From assembly GCA_008632985.1 (NCBI GenBank), contig QPGO01000294.1:1-64000 (forward strand): 64,000 bases of DNA, written 5' to 3'. The notes below the pieces were generated by a model. The model was not told the origin of the DNA. It was given only the letters and a program-made list of their open reading frames with translations, and searched no databases. The position numbers and the translations under genes are program-made. The stretch's first letter is position 1; every line of letters starts with the position of its first letter. Positions 52,901-64,000 of this stretch are shown here, in pieces. This DNA comes from Psammoneis japonica (lineage: Eukaryota).

Positions 52901-55900
52901 CAGCAACTCCAGCTGCTGTGGTGTGCATTCAGAGTCAAAAGAGCAGACAGCTGGGGGGGGGGATTGTCAAAAATCTAACTGCAGCAGGGTCTCCACATCT
53001 TTCAGCTTGATCTGTGGACAGCCAATGGCCTCCCCCTGCAGAAGTCCCCTTCACACACTTTTGCAGGATTGGATGCTGGTGTGCTGATGGCTCAGATTTG
53101 CTCAAGCACAGGCTTTTCCCCAGAGAGCCACCTGCTGCCAGCATTGTCACATTTTGAAGAGTTTTTGCCACACCATTGATTGAGTGCCAAAAGAGTGAAG
53201 AGGAAACAAAAATCTCCAATGCCAAGGATCAGGCAACACATTTTCAGGCACCCCCCTGGCAGATGACTTGATGCACCCAGACATGACTTGCCCATGAGAT
53301 TGTTCATTTTGCTGCAAAGAGGCCCCACATGCACCATTGCTCAGCAAGCCATGCCCTCTGCTTGCAAAAGAAAAATGTCCCTGCACACACCAGTGCAAAA
53401 GCAAATGTGGTGGATTTGAAACACAGGTGTGAACAGCACACAATCAGGCAAAGGCAATTCATTGAAGAAGCCAACCGTTTTTTTGTTCTGCAGCTTGTCA
53501 AGACTCACAATCAAGGCCTCTGTTCTTGGCACAATTGCCGCACCAAACACAGAGACAGGACAGCCCCAATTGTCAGCATGCAGAGCTGCACTCACCTGCA
53601 TTGGAGCCACATGTTCTCCCACACAACAATGAAAAAAATTGAGAAAGACAGTCACCATGTGCTTCTTTGAGAATGTGCTGACATGGCTTTGTGAACAAGC
53701 CACTGCAGGTTGTGCTCAGAAAAACACCCCTCTGCCTGACAGATGGTGGCTTGCATTTGTCACAGATCAAGCCAAAAATGGAAGTCCACAACTTGGACAT
53801 CATGCACCACTTTGCCAGCTCTGCATCCTTGCATTTTTAGAGCAAACAGTGTTGCAGCATGGCCAGGGTTGGTGGGGTTTCAAGTTTGGGTCAGGGGACA
53901 GAGAGTGGAAATTTTCTGGCAAAACTTGAAGCATGTGTGTGACCAAGCAAGATTCCATCTAAAAAGTTAGTCTGTGACATGACCAAGTTAATCTGCTGTG
54001 AGGAGCCAGCACCCAAAATGCTTGCCACAGGTGGCATGGTGCCAACAAGAACAACAGCGCCATCAACACAGGCTCCCATGCTAAGAAATGTGTTGTTTCT
54101 TTTGCTCAGAGCACTGCTCCAATGTTTTCCATCACTCCCATTGATTGCACAACAACTCCTTTGAAACACAAGAGCTTCCTTCCTCCAAAATGATGCAGCC
54201 ACCTGAGTTGATGCACTCATGTCCAGTGCCATGGTTGCTGCAAGCGCCTGCCCCTCCAATGACTCCCTGGTGTCATGTCCCATTGACTGAATGACCATGT
54301 GGCTCTTCTGAAACACAACAGCTTCTGCCTCTGAAACAACATTGCAGCTGCCAGAACTGAAGCACTCATGCCTCCCACAGATGCCAGCACAAGCCCACCC
54401 CTCCAATGTCTTGCAGCCATGGTGTTGAAAACATTCCAAGAAAGACACAAAACATGCATTGCAAGGAGCAAGAACCTCATGCTGAGCTCCAGCCATCAAG
54501 CTGTCTTCATCCATCTTGACATTCAAAGTCCAGCCAGTGCTGCATGCTGTGAGCTGAGTGAACCACTGTTGCTGGTGCTGGAAGCACCAGAGACAAACGA
54601 GCTGAAACACAGTCACATGTGCTGGCACCATTTCACCTGAAAAAAGGACAGAGATTGTGCATGAGCATGCCCCACTGGCAATCAACAGACTGCACCCAAG
54701 ACTCAACTGGCAGCTGGAACGTCATGATTCAGCAGCGTGGTTGTGAGCAAATCTGGATGGAGAGCCATGTCACAATTGGTGATTGGTTGACACATGTGAG
54801 TCGAGTGGTGCTGCAGCAACCCGCTCACAATCCAATCAGGTTTGGGCTGCATTGACAGTGTTGCCACTTTCCATTGGACGCAAGGTGTCGCACTTGTTCT
54901 TTCGTTGCATCAAGATTTATTGCTTTGTCAGAGCCAAGACGAAAAAGACAGAACAAAATGGTTTCAAACACAACTCGTCATGGACGATTGTTTGTTGTGT
55001 TGTTTGCATGGAATGTGCAGCTGTAGAAACGGTGCTGAACTGTGCGCGATGCGTCAGAATTCGGATTGATGCGCATGAAGATGCGTCTCGTGTCGCTTGT
55101 CATGATGTCCACAAAACAGCTTGCAATGGCAACACTTGCAATGACAGTCACTGTCCTCACATGTGTGATGGGTGTGAGGGGACTGCGGCATTGGGCGACA
55201 TGCCCGAGCCTGTGCTCAATGATGTCGGTTGACATGAACGACACAGGACTGATCACCCTGACGTCGGGTGGCTGTGTGAACCCATCATCACAACACAGAG
55301 AAAGTGCAGCTGCCGTGACCATGCAGACTCACAGCTGTGTGTCCCCAATGCGGAGGATGGCAGCAGTGGCAGCACCAGCAGCAGCACTTGTGGCATTGGC
55401 CGCGGCAGCTGACATTGACGCAGTTTTGCAAGTTTGTGGTGTTGCTGACCAGAACGCAAGGGCAAGGTTGGTTTTCTACGAAGGGTTCATGACTTTGGAA
55501 AACATCGCAGTGATGGAGAGTGACCATGATGTGGAAGATGTGGTGCAGAGGGCATCTTGTCACACGGTGGCCGACGGACGCGTGACTCTGGGACTGTTCA
55601 GATCAAGAACTTGCAGGCGCTAGCATGGTGGTGCCAGGATTTGCTTGAATGGAACCAGCCATTGGTTGCGGCAGACTTTAATGCAGCAGCCATGGCTGCG
55701 GCCCGGGATGGCAGGCGCATCAAAAAGGAGCGCACGGACTTGGACGCGTCGGCAAGCGGCCTCGTGAAGTTTGAGCCTGATGATTTTGATGTGTGCGAAG
55801 ACGCTTTCTTGAATCTCCTGGCACAGAAGTTTGGCGTGTTGAAAGATCCCCTTTGCCATGTGGCAAGGATGATGCCAGCTCCGGCTGCATTCGCGGACAC

Positions 55901-56134
55901 CCAACAACAGCGCATGCACCAGACACCTTTGAATGGTGCCGCATGTGACGAGGACAACCGCAGCGTTTGTCATGTGTTGAAGGAACACTTGGTCGACATG
56001 GCAGGATGGGCATGGATCAAACCGTTTGACGCAACAGAAGATGGGCGTGGAGCATTCAACGCATGGGTTGACCATTGCAACGGACAGGGCGAGTTGAGCA
56101 AGCGCATTCATCTGGCTGTGGCAACTGTTGAAAT

Positions 56135-56320
56135 GACGTGTTCCAGTCCCAGGTGACACACAAAATGACAATCGATTTTGAATGTAAATTGTGCATCTCT
56201 CAGTGCATGAAGCACTTTCACACAAAATGCTCAGGAGGATTGGCTTTTACAGGCATCTGGAGCATGAACAATTGTGAAGAATTAAACAGTTTTTTGTGGG
56301 GTGTTGAATTCCTCATGGGA
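56135..56320 (+). mobile_element. MITE family B left part in gag (same site as 36154), running into the assembly gap
   Basis: GACGTGTTCCAGTCCCAGGTGAC start at the same gag position. Confidence 0.88.
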
Positions 56321-56520
56321 NNNNNNNNNNNNNNNNNNNNNNNNNNNNNNNNNNNNNNNNNNNNNNNNNNNNNNNNNNNNNNNNNNNNNNNNNNNNNNNN
56401 NNNNNNNNNNNNNNNNNNNNNNNNNNNNNNNNNNNNNNNNNNNNNNNNNNNNNNNNNNNNNNNNNNNNNNNNNNNNNNNNNNNNNNNNNNNNNNNNNNNN
56501 NNNNNNNNNNNNNNNNNNNN
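56321..56520. other. Assembly gap (200 N)
   Basis: Run of N. Confidence 1.
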
Positions 56521-59500
56521 AAGCGCAAGATTTCCAAATGAGCCATTGTGGTGGCGGTGGCCACGGCTTTTGTTGAGGTCGTGGTTGCGGAGGAAGATTT
56601 GGATGTGGGGGCGGACGTGGACGTGGTGGTGGACGCCAAGGTGGAGGGGGCGACCACACTGCTGTGCTCAATGGAGCAGATGTGTCCGACCCCACAAGGA
56701 GCTTTAGCGCTCAAGAATGGGAAAAGTTGCAGTGCAATGGAGGCATGAGCTGCATGTTCCAGGCTCGCGAACGAATGGGTCATGGACGCGGTGGTGGCCG
56801 TGGGTCTCCCGCAGGTCGCGATGGGGGCGGCAGGCATGCAGCTGAAGCCCGAGTCCATCAAGATGGCCAAGACCAAACCCAACAACAGGATCAGGAGCAA
56901 AAGAGCAGCGGGCGTGGTCGCGGCGCTGACCGTGATCGCGGTGGATGCAATGGACGCACCTTTGGTCGGGGAGCCCATGATGGTTCCACCTGACTCCTTG
57001 GGGTGGCAACAGCTGCTGGAGCATTGGCGCATTTGGCACACTTGTCGTTTTTGCTTGTGCCACTCTTCTTGCTCTTGACTCGACCCCACCCAATGTCTCG
57101 TTTCAAAGGAAAGGCGACAAAGAGACACATTGCTGTAACGTCAAAACGTGTGATCCGATCGATGAGTTCTGCACAGATGACAAATTTGATGACACCTGGG
57201 TTCATTGCTCGAAATGAATGTGACACTCACGTGGACACTTGTTGCACTGGAGCGAACTGGAAACTCATGGAGTTGACGAATGAAGTGTGCAAAGTGCACC
57301 CATTTCTGGACTCTTGTGAGCCGATCAAACAGATTCCTGTGGCACGTTGTTGCACCGCACGGACAGATCCGGAAACGACTCGTGAACATTTGCTGGTTGG
57401 TGATCAAATGCTCTGGTTTGGAACCGACACGGAACATTCACTTTTGAATCCCAACCAACTCCGTGCGCACAACATGCCCGCACACGACAACCCTTGCAAC
57501 ACTCGAAACGGATTTGGCATTGAAGCTGACGAAGCTTTCATCCCTTTCAATGCCACGGGGACAATTGTGTCTTTCAAGTCTCGTGTTCCAACGGATTGGG
57601 AAGTGCAGAACTCACCGGTCATGCTGTTGACAGGTGACACATGGGATCCAGCACAGACAGACATGGGCTCACCGGAGCGCACTGGAGCGCAGGCGGAGAT
57701 GCGTGCCATTCGATCATTGAACTCTGGCATGTGACAAGAAACGCTGGGGCAAGGTCAAAATGCAACTGTCATCAATGTCCCCCATCTGTCAACTTCAATT
57801 GTTTTGGGACAGACTTGTCAGCTCAGTTGATGTGGCTTGCACATGTCGCGACGACGTGGACAAGAGGCAGATGGCAGTCAAAGATTTGCACAGCAAGGAT
57901 CGACACTCAAAAGTTGACGCTGAAGAGTTGGCTCGGAAATGGAGTGTCGGCTTAGAAACGGCAAAAGACACTCTCAACGTAACTGCTCAGCGCGGTGTGC
58001 GAACGGCGACCCAGCCGATGTCACGAAGAGTGAGGGTGGATCATCTTGACTTGCATCGGAAGCGTCTGAAAGGAACATGATTTGTGGATGCTTTGACATC
58101 CAAGGTGAAGTCCTCACTCGGCAACACGTGTGCCAATGTTTGCACTCAGGGCAAATTCGTGAAGGTTGTGCCGATGACCGCCAGGTCGGAGGCAGGTTTG
58201 TCTCTTGTTGAATTTACAGACGACGTGGGTGCACCAGAACATCTTGTGTCAGATGGGGCAGGAGAGTTCACCGGAAGGAGCACCGAGTTTGTGAGACACG
58301 CACGACGCATGAGGATGCAATTGAGAACATCAGAACAGGGCCGAAAGAATCAGAATCAGGCAGCGGAGCACGAAATTGGTTTCTTGGCCAAGCGCTGGCG
58401 GCTGCAGATGACAAAGAAGAAGGTGCCAAAGCGATCATGGGACTTCTGTCTTGTTTGCAAGTCGGAACTGGTGTCGCGCATGGCAAGAGGCAGAGACAAG
58501 AGGACTGGACATGAAGAGGTCACTGGACAGACACCGGAAATGGGCGAGTGTTTGGACTTTGGTTTCTGTGACATGGTGTGGTGGTGGGACAGGCCCAACA
58601 AGCCAAATGCAACAGACGATCCTCGAAGGCTTGGACGGTGGCTTGGCATCTCTCACAAAGTTGGCTCGGACATGCGCCATTGGATCATTGCGGAAAGCGG
58701 GAAGATTGTCTCCAAAACATCCGTTGAGCACGTGACACAGGCTGACATGGTGCAACCGGACATTTGTGTCAAGGTCGACAACTTTAATGAGCAGCTGGAG
58801 AAGCGATTGGATGATGCCAACTTTGTCTCAAAGGGTGATGAAGCAGCACCCCCATTTGTGTTGGACGATCTTGCAATTGACGGCAACTCTGGTGTGGAAT
58901 GTGAGGGCAGTGTCACGCCAGAGGACAAGGAACATGGCGACATGCCATTGCCCGACGAGCAACCAGACGACAATGATGAGCAGGCAATCGATCAACACCT
59001 GGGAATGGAACTTGTGTTTGACATCGGAACCGACGGCAAGCAACGTGGTGTTGCAACGAAACCTGCAAGAGGACAGGATGGGCGTCCAGTTGGGACTCGG
59101 CATCAAAACCCATTGTTTGACACTCGCGAGTGCGAAGTGGAATGTGCCGACGGAACCACAGATGAGCACACAGCCAATGTCATTGCCGAGAACATGTTTG
59201 CTCAGGTTGACAGCAAAGGCAACCAGTGTTCTGTCTTGCACGAGATGCAGGACCACAAGAGGAGTGACGATGCAGTGTCAATTGCTGACGGTGCCGTGCG
59301 AACCGCTGACGGGAAGGAGAAGAAGAAGATCACAACAAAAGGGTGGAAGTCATTGGTCGGATGGAAGGATGGCAGCTCATCTTGGGTCAAACTCAAAGAT
59401 CTGAAGGACTCCAACCCCATTGAAGTTGCTGAGCATGCTGTTGCGAACAGGTTGACGGAGGAACCTGCTTTTGCTTGGTGGGTCACACATGTCCTGCGCA

Positions 59501-59919
59501 AACGGAATCGCATTGTGTCCAAGGTTAAGAAGAAGCACTGGTGCATGACTCACAAGTTTGGGGTCTGATTGCCCAAGTCAACGGAGGATGCTCTGCGGAT
59601 AGACCAGGAAATGGGGACAGATCATTGGGCTCGTGCAATCAACAAGGAGATGGCAAAGGTGAAGGTGGCATGGCGCGAGCACGAGGCTGAAACCCCTCAA
59701 GTCGTCCGGGAAGGCAAGAGTGCAACTTTGCGTGGTTGCAAGGAGATCAGGTGCCACATGGCATTCGATGTTAAAATGGATTTCACCAGAAAGGCAAGGT
59801 TTGCAGCTGGCGGACACACGACAGAGGCTCCGGCATCGATCACTTGTTCTGGCATGGTTTCCAGAGACAGTGTGCGACTTGGATTCTTGTTGGCAGCTTT
59901 GAATGGGATCGACATTGCA

Positions 59920-60143
59920 GCGATTGTTCTGGAGAGTGCTTGTCTCAATGCACCGTGCGCAGAGAAGATGTGGTTTGAAGGCGGAAAGGAATGCAGCGAG
60001 TGTGAAGGAAAGGTGCTTGTTGTCACTTGGGCGATTGATCTGGAGAATGCTTGTCTCAATGCACCGTGCGCAGAGAAGATGTGGTTTGAAGGCGGAAAGG
60101 AATGCAGCGAGTGTGAAGGAAAGGTGCTTGTCATCACTTGGGC
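59920..60143 (+). repeat. 111-bp in-frame tandem duplication inside RT
   Basis: 37-aa block AI.LE.ACLNAPCAEKMW...VTW occurs twice; GCG microhomology at the junction. Confidence 0.92.
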
Positions 60144-60855
60144 GTTGTGTGGCTTAAAGAGCTCGGGACACTCGTGGAGGTCTGCACTGTCATCGGTCTT
60201 GCGTGACTTGGGCTTCGAATTGACGAGAGTGGATCCGGATGTCCACTTGCGTGCGGCGACTCGTGAGGACGGGCATGAGCATTGTGAAATGCTTTTGGTT
60301 CATGTCGATGACACACTGATCATTTCCCATCAGGGGAAGTCCATTGTTGCTGCAACAGGTGAACACTGTGCCGTGAAGCCCGGCAGTGAAGGAGAACCAG
60401 AAGTTTGTCTTGGGGCCAACGTTGAGAGGGTTCAGACTCAGGATGGGCGCACGATTTGGGCAAGTTCACCGAGATCACATGTTAAATCGGCGATTGAGAC
60501 TGTGGAAGGCCTGTTGGATGAAGACGGCAATGGAGAGGTTCTGAAGAACAGTGCAAAGGATCCACCACCCCCAAAATGCAAACCAGAGCTGGACGTGACG
60601 GACGAGTTGGGCCCCGACTTGGTGGACAGGTGTTTGCAGCTGACAGGGATTTGTCGTTGGGCGATCAAGTTGGGTCGCATCGACATCTTGCATGAGGTCT
60701 CAATCTCATCTCAATGTCAAGCCAACCCGAGGAAAGGACACCTTGAGGCATTGTGTCATGTGTTTGCGCACATGAAGAAGCACCAGAATGTTGGGCGCAT
60801 CGGATTTGATCCAAAGGAACCGGTGATTGATGAATCCATTTTTAATTCAAATGCA

Positions 60856-63800
60856 ATTAATTTCACTCTGTGTGGGGGGGCATGGCATTTGGACAATCCA
60901 AACATGCCGGTTTGTGCCGTCAAGAAATGTTCGCGTTGTGGTGCAAAAACACTTGGGACGAAGAGATTTTGTCTGAAAATGAAGACAGTGGCAAGCAAAA
61001 TTGACTTGCACGAATCTCACAAACAAGACTTGCCTCTGTGTCAGTCACGTCGCGGTGCTGTTTTCTTTGGTGGGGAATTTCAGCTGCTGCCTCCCGCAAC
61101 ACCTGCGTTGTTGCCTCCGTTTTCCCGTCTGTGTCCAATGCACGTGTTGGGCCACATGGAAAACCCATTGAAAATGTCTTTGAGAGCAGTTTTTCTACAA
61201 GGCAACGGAACTCAAGCGACTCAATCATGCCCATGCATCCAAAGTGGACAACACAACATTGCGGAATTCGATGAAGGCAAGGAAGATGTGAAGGAGTTGC
61301 TTCAAGATGCTGTTGCAAACACCAAGCAAGTCAAGAATGGAAGCAGTTTCAAAAGTTGGGAAAGCTTGAAGATGCGCTTTGCATTGGCACGAACCGACTT
61401 GTTGCTGCAGCGCTGTTCCACTGGACCTTTCTGCCTCCTTGGCAACAGCACGCGATTTCTTTGTCATGCGCGACACTCTCTGCTGCAGCTGCCAGAGCTG
61501 GCTCTAGCTGCTGGAGCAGAGGACAGAGCTGCAACACTGCTTCTAACACTGTCTGCTCTAGAGAGATCGCCTTCGAGAGATTCGTGTTCTCAGCCCCGAA
61601 ATGAAATGATCTGATTGGGCAAACAACGTCCGTGCGGCTCTCAAACTGACATCATTGCTGATGCATTTGCTTGAAGCGCGTGAACAAACATGGAAGATTG
61701 ACGGCCAAAGCCAAACACATGACAGTGGACAGGCATTGCATGTGGAGAGGCAACGACGGTCGCGCCTTTGCAGTGTTTTGGAACCTGGTGTGTCGGACAA
61801 ATGTTCGCATCGTGGTGCAAAAACACTCGGGACGAAGAGATTTGGTCTGAAAATGAAGACAGTGGTGAGCGAAATTGACTTGTGTGAATCTCACGAACAA
61901 GACTTGCTGCTGCATCAGTCGTCGTCGCGGTGCTGTTTTCTTTGGTGGGGAATTTCAGCTGCTGCCTCCCGCAACACCTGCATTGTTGCCTCCGTTTTCC
62001 CGTCTGCATCCGATGCACGTGTCAGGCCACAAGGAAAACCCATTGAAAATGTCTTTGAGAGCAGTTTTTCTACAAGGCAACGGAACTTAAGCGACCCAAT
62101 CATGCCCATGCATCCAAAGTGGACAGTGCAACATTGCGGAATTCGATGAAGGCAAGGAAGATGTGAAGGAGTCGCTTCAAGATGCTGTTGCAAACACCAA
62201 GCAAGTCAAGAATGGAAGCAGTTTCAAAAGTTGGGAAAGCTTGAAGATGCGCTTCGCATTGGCGCGAACCGACTTGTTGCTGCAGCGCTGTTCCACTGGA
62301 CCTTTCCGCCTCCTTGGCAACAGCGTGCGATTTCTTTGTCATGCGCGACACTCTCTGCTGCAGCCACCAGAGCTGGCTCTAGCTGCTAGAGCAGAGGACA
62401 GAGCTGCAACACTGCTTCTAACGCTGTCCACTCTAGAGAGATCGCCTTCGAGAGATTCGCATTCTCAGTCCCGAAATGAAATAATTTGATTGGGTGAACG
62501 ACGTCCATGTGGCTCTCAAACTGATGTCATCGCTGATGCATTTGCTTGAAGCGCATGAATGAATGTGGAAGATTGACGGCCAAAGCCAAACACATGATGG
62601 TGGACAGGCATTGCATGTGGAGAGGCAACAATGGTCACGCCTTCACAGTGTTTTGGAACCTGGTGCATCGGACAGACTCTGTCAGGACTGACACAGGTTC
62701 TTGTGGCAAACTTGGGCATTGCTGCGAGTGCAAACCGATCACGCTACAGACGAGGAATGCACGGGAGGCAAACTGCACTCATTGTCCTCTCTTGCTTTGG
62801 CATCGAAAGCTGTTCTTGACGTTGGAAATCTTGGTTTCTCTGTCACTTGAAGGGCACACAAGGTCAGAATGCGAGTGCTTGAAACTGATGAAAGCAAATG
62901 CTGTGTCTTGGAGAGCGCACTCGGATCGACTGTGTGAAACGTAAAACCACTGTTGCACGAATCTCGATGGCTCTTGAGGGGCTGTTTCAGCTGCCAGAAC
63001 AACTGTCAAGGCTTGGAGAATTGCCTCATCTGCAGAAGCACCGCAAGAGAGATGTTTCTAATGGGGAACACGTCAAGCGCAACAACCGCCAACAGTCAGA
63101 GACGCCTGCATCATAAAAACTTCGTCTCATGTTTGGATTTGATGAAAATCACATGTCTGCATCATGTTCCGAGCAACTCGAATGAGAGAGGCTTGGAGGA
63201 CTCGAGAAAAAACGCTTGTCGACCCGACTCGACGCTTTGACATGTTGCAAACGACATGGGATGACCACAATGGTGAGCCTTGAGAATGCCGCAGTCCTGT
63301 CATTGTCGCCAGCAATCGCAGATGGGGCTGCAAAACAATGTGTAGATTCCCCTTGTTGCATTTCTTCATTCATGTTCATCTGTCAAAAAATGGAAATCAA
63401 AATCTGAAAAAAGAGTGTGAGTTACAAAGCATGACTCAGCAAGACGGTCACAATCGCAAACTCAACAAAACAGATCTTCAAACGCTGTGGGACGTGGAGA
63501 ATGTGGCTGATGCAATGGGCCGGCGACCCACAGGAGCATTGAGCCTGTGGGGGTTCAGACATGAGATGCTCAATGAGCAACTCAAGCGGTCTGAACCACC
63601 TTGCAACCTTCACGAAAAAGGCTGCCCTTTGGGGCATCAAGCACACCGTCTTGGTCCACGACGTCGACAGGCGTTCAGCGTGCATTCAAAGAAAGAAAGC
63701 AGAGGCTGGCCCTCCTCTGATGGAGCCAATGCATCACAGTGCACTCAAAAGCACACTGGCTGGCTCTCACCACTGCCGCATTGGACGTTTGCAAGCATTC

Positions 63801-64000
63801 AGTGCACACGCAAGAAGCGAGTTTGCTGGCAATCGTGGTGCATCTCCGTCGGAACCACGGACTGCTTTGACAGGCAATCGTCATTTCACCTCAAACCGAC
63901 TTCCAAAGATGTGTGCAATCTAACGCACAGAGGAAAACCATCAAGGACCCAAGCCTTCAGGTCCACCTGGCAATCGTGTGTGGACAACATTCAATGACTT
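60856..64000 (+). repeat. Large repeat unit, copy 3 (start), with an internal 874-bp tandem duplication
   Basis: Matches ~5840-8110 and ~42060-44330. 60925-61798 is repeated at 61799-62672. Confidence 0.92.

Larger units (their letters stand above)
41881..60855 (+). repeat. Large repeat unit, copy 2 (lacks 13034-20820, the LINE and the family A MITEs)
   Basis: Colinear with copy 1; junctions at ~49254 and ~51263. Confidence 0.93.
54744..60855 (+). mobile_element. Ty1/copia (CoDi-type) element, copy 2: 5' LTR (54744-54919), gag, PR, IN, RT; truncated before RNase H
   Basis: Same motifs as 34846-41880. PBS-like TGTCAGAGCC at 54926-54935 partly matches the iMet PBS TGGTATCAGAGCC if TAT became TGT. 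Confidence 0.94.

Noticed and set aside
59569..61614. 681-aa RT fusion protein with a novel C-terminus
   Set aside because: Chance read-through across the deletion junction at ~60855 into stop-poor repeat DNA; the RT active site is mutated (HVDD).
1..64000. Hundreds of overlapping Cys/His-rich, Tyr-poor ORFs in all six frames
   Set aside because: Expected side effect of TpA loss removing TAA/TAG stops and creating TGY/CAY codons; not evidence of metal-binding proteins or overlapping genes.
1..64000. tRNA or rRNA genes
   Set aside because: None recognisable by eye; a covariance-model scan would be needed to exclude them.

Overview
Eukaryotic, repeat-dense window. The element types suggest a diatom (CoDi-type Ty1/copia and an Ambal-like LINE); this is inference. 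It is a degenerate head-to-tail array of one large unit: copy 1 ~5.7-41.9 kb, copy 2 ~41.9-60.9 kb, copy 3 from ~60.9 kb, plus the tail of an earlier unit at 1-5.7 kb. The unit holds a copia LTR element and decayed host-type genes (AhpC/TSA-like, ArsM-like, Ulp1; a saccharopine dehydrogenase-like gene precedes copy 1). Copy-specific insertions are a full-length APE-RT-RNaseH LINE with a 17-bp TSD and MITEs with GACGYGTTCCAG termini and 4-bp TSDs. The main signal is mutational. Throughout the repeated DNA, TpA has been converted to TpG or CpA on both strands: conserved Tyr becomes Cys or His (RT YVDD is CVDD in two copies and HVDD in two others) and TAA/TAG stops are scarce. A ~4.5-kb island (~13.7-18.2 kb), absent from copy 2, keeps normal TpA and carries an intact membrane-anchored HET/TIR-like gene. 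This looks like a repeat-targeted A:T->G:C 'reverse-RIP' hypermutation process acting alongside ordinary CpG decay. All alignments and domain calls were made by eye, with no database searches.
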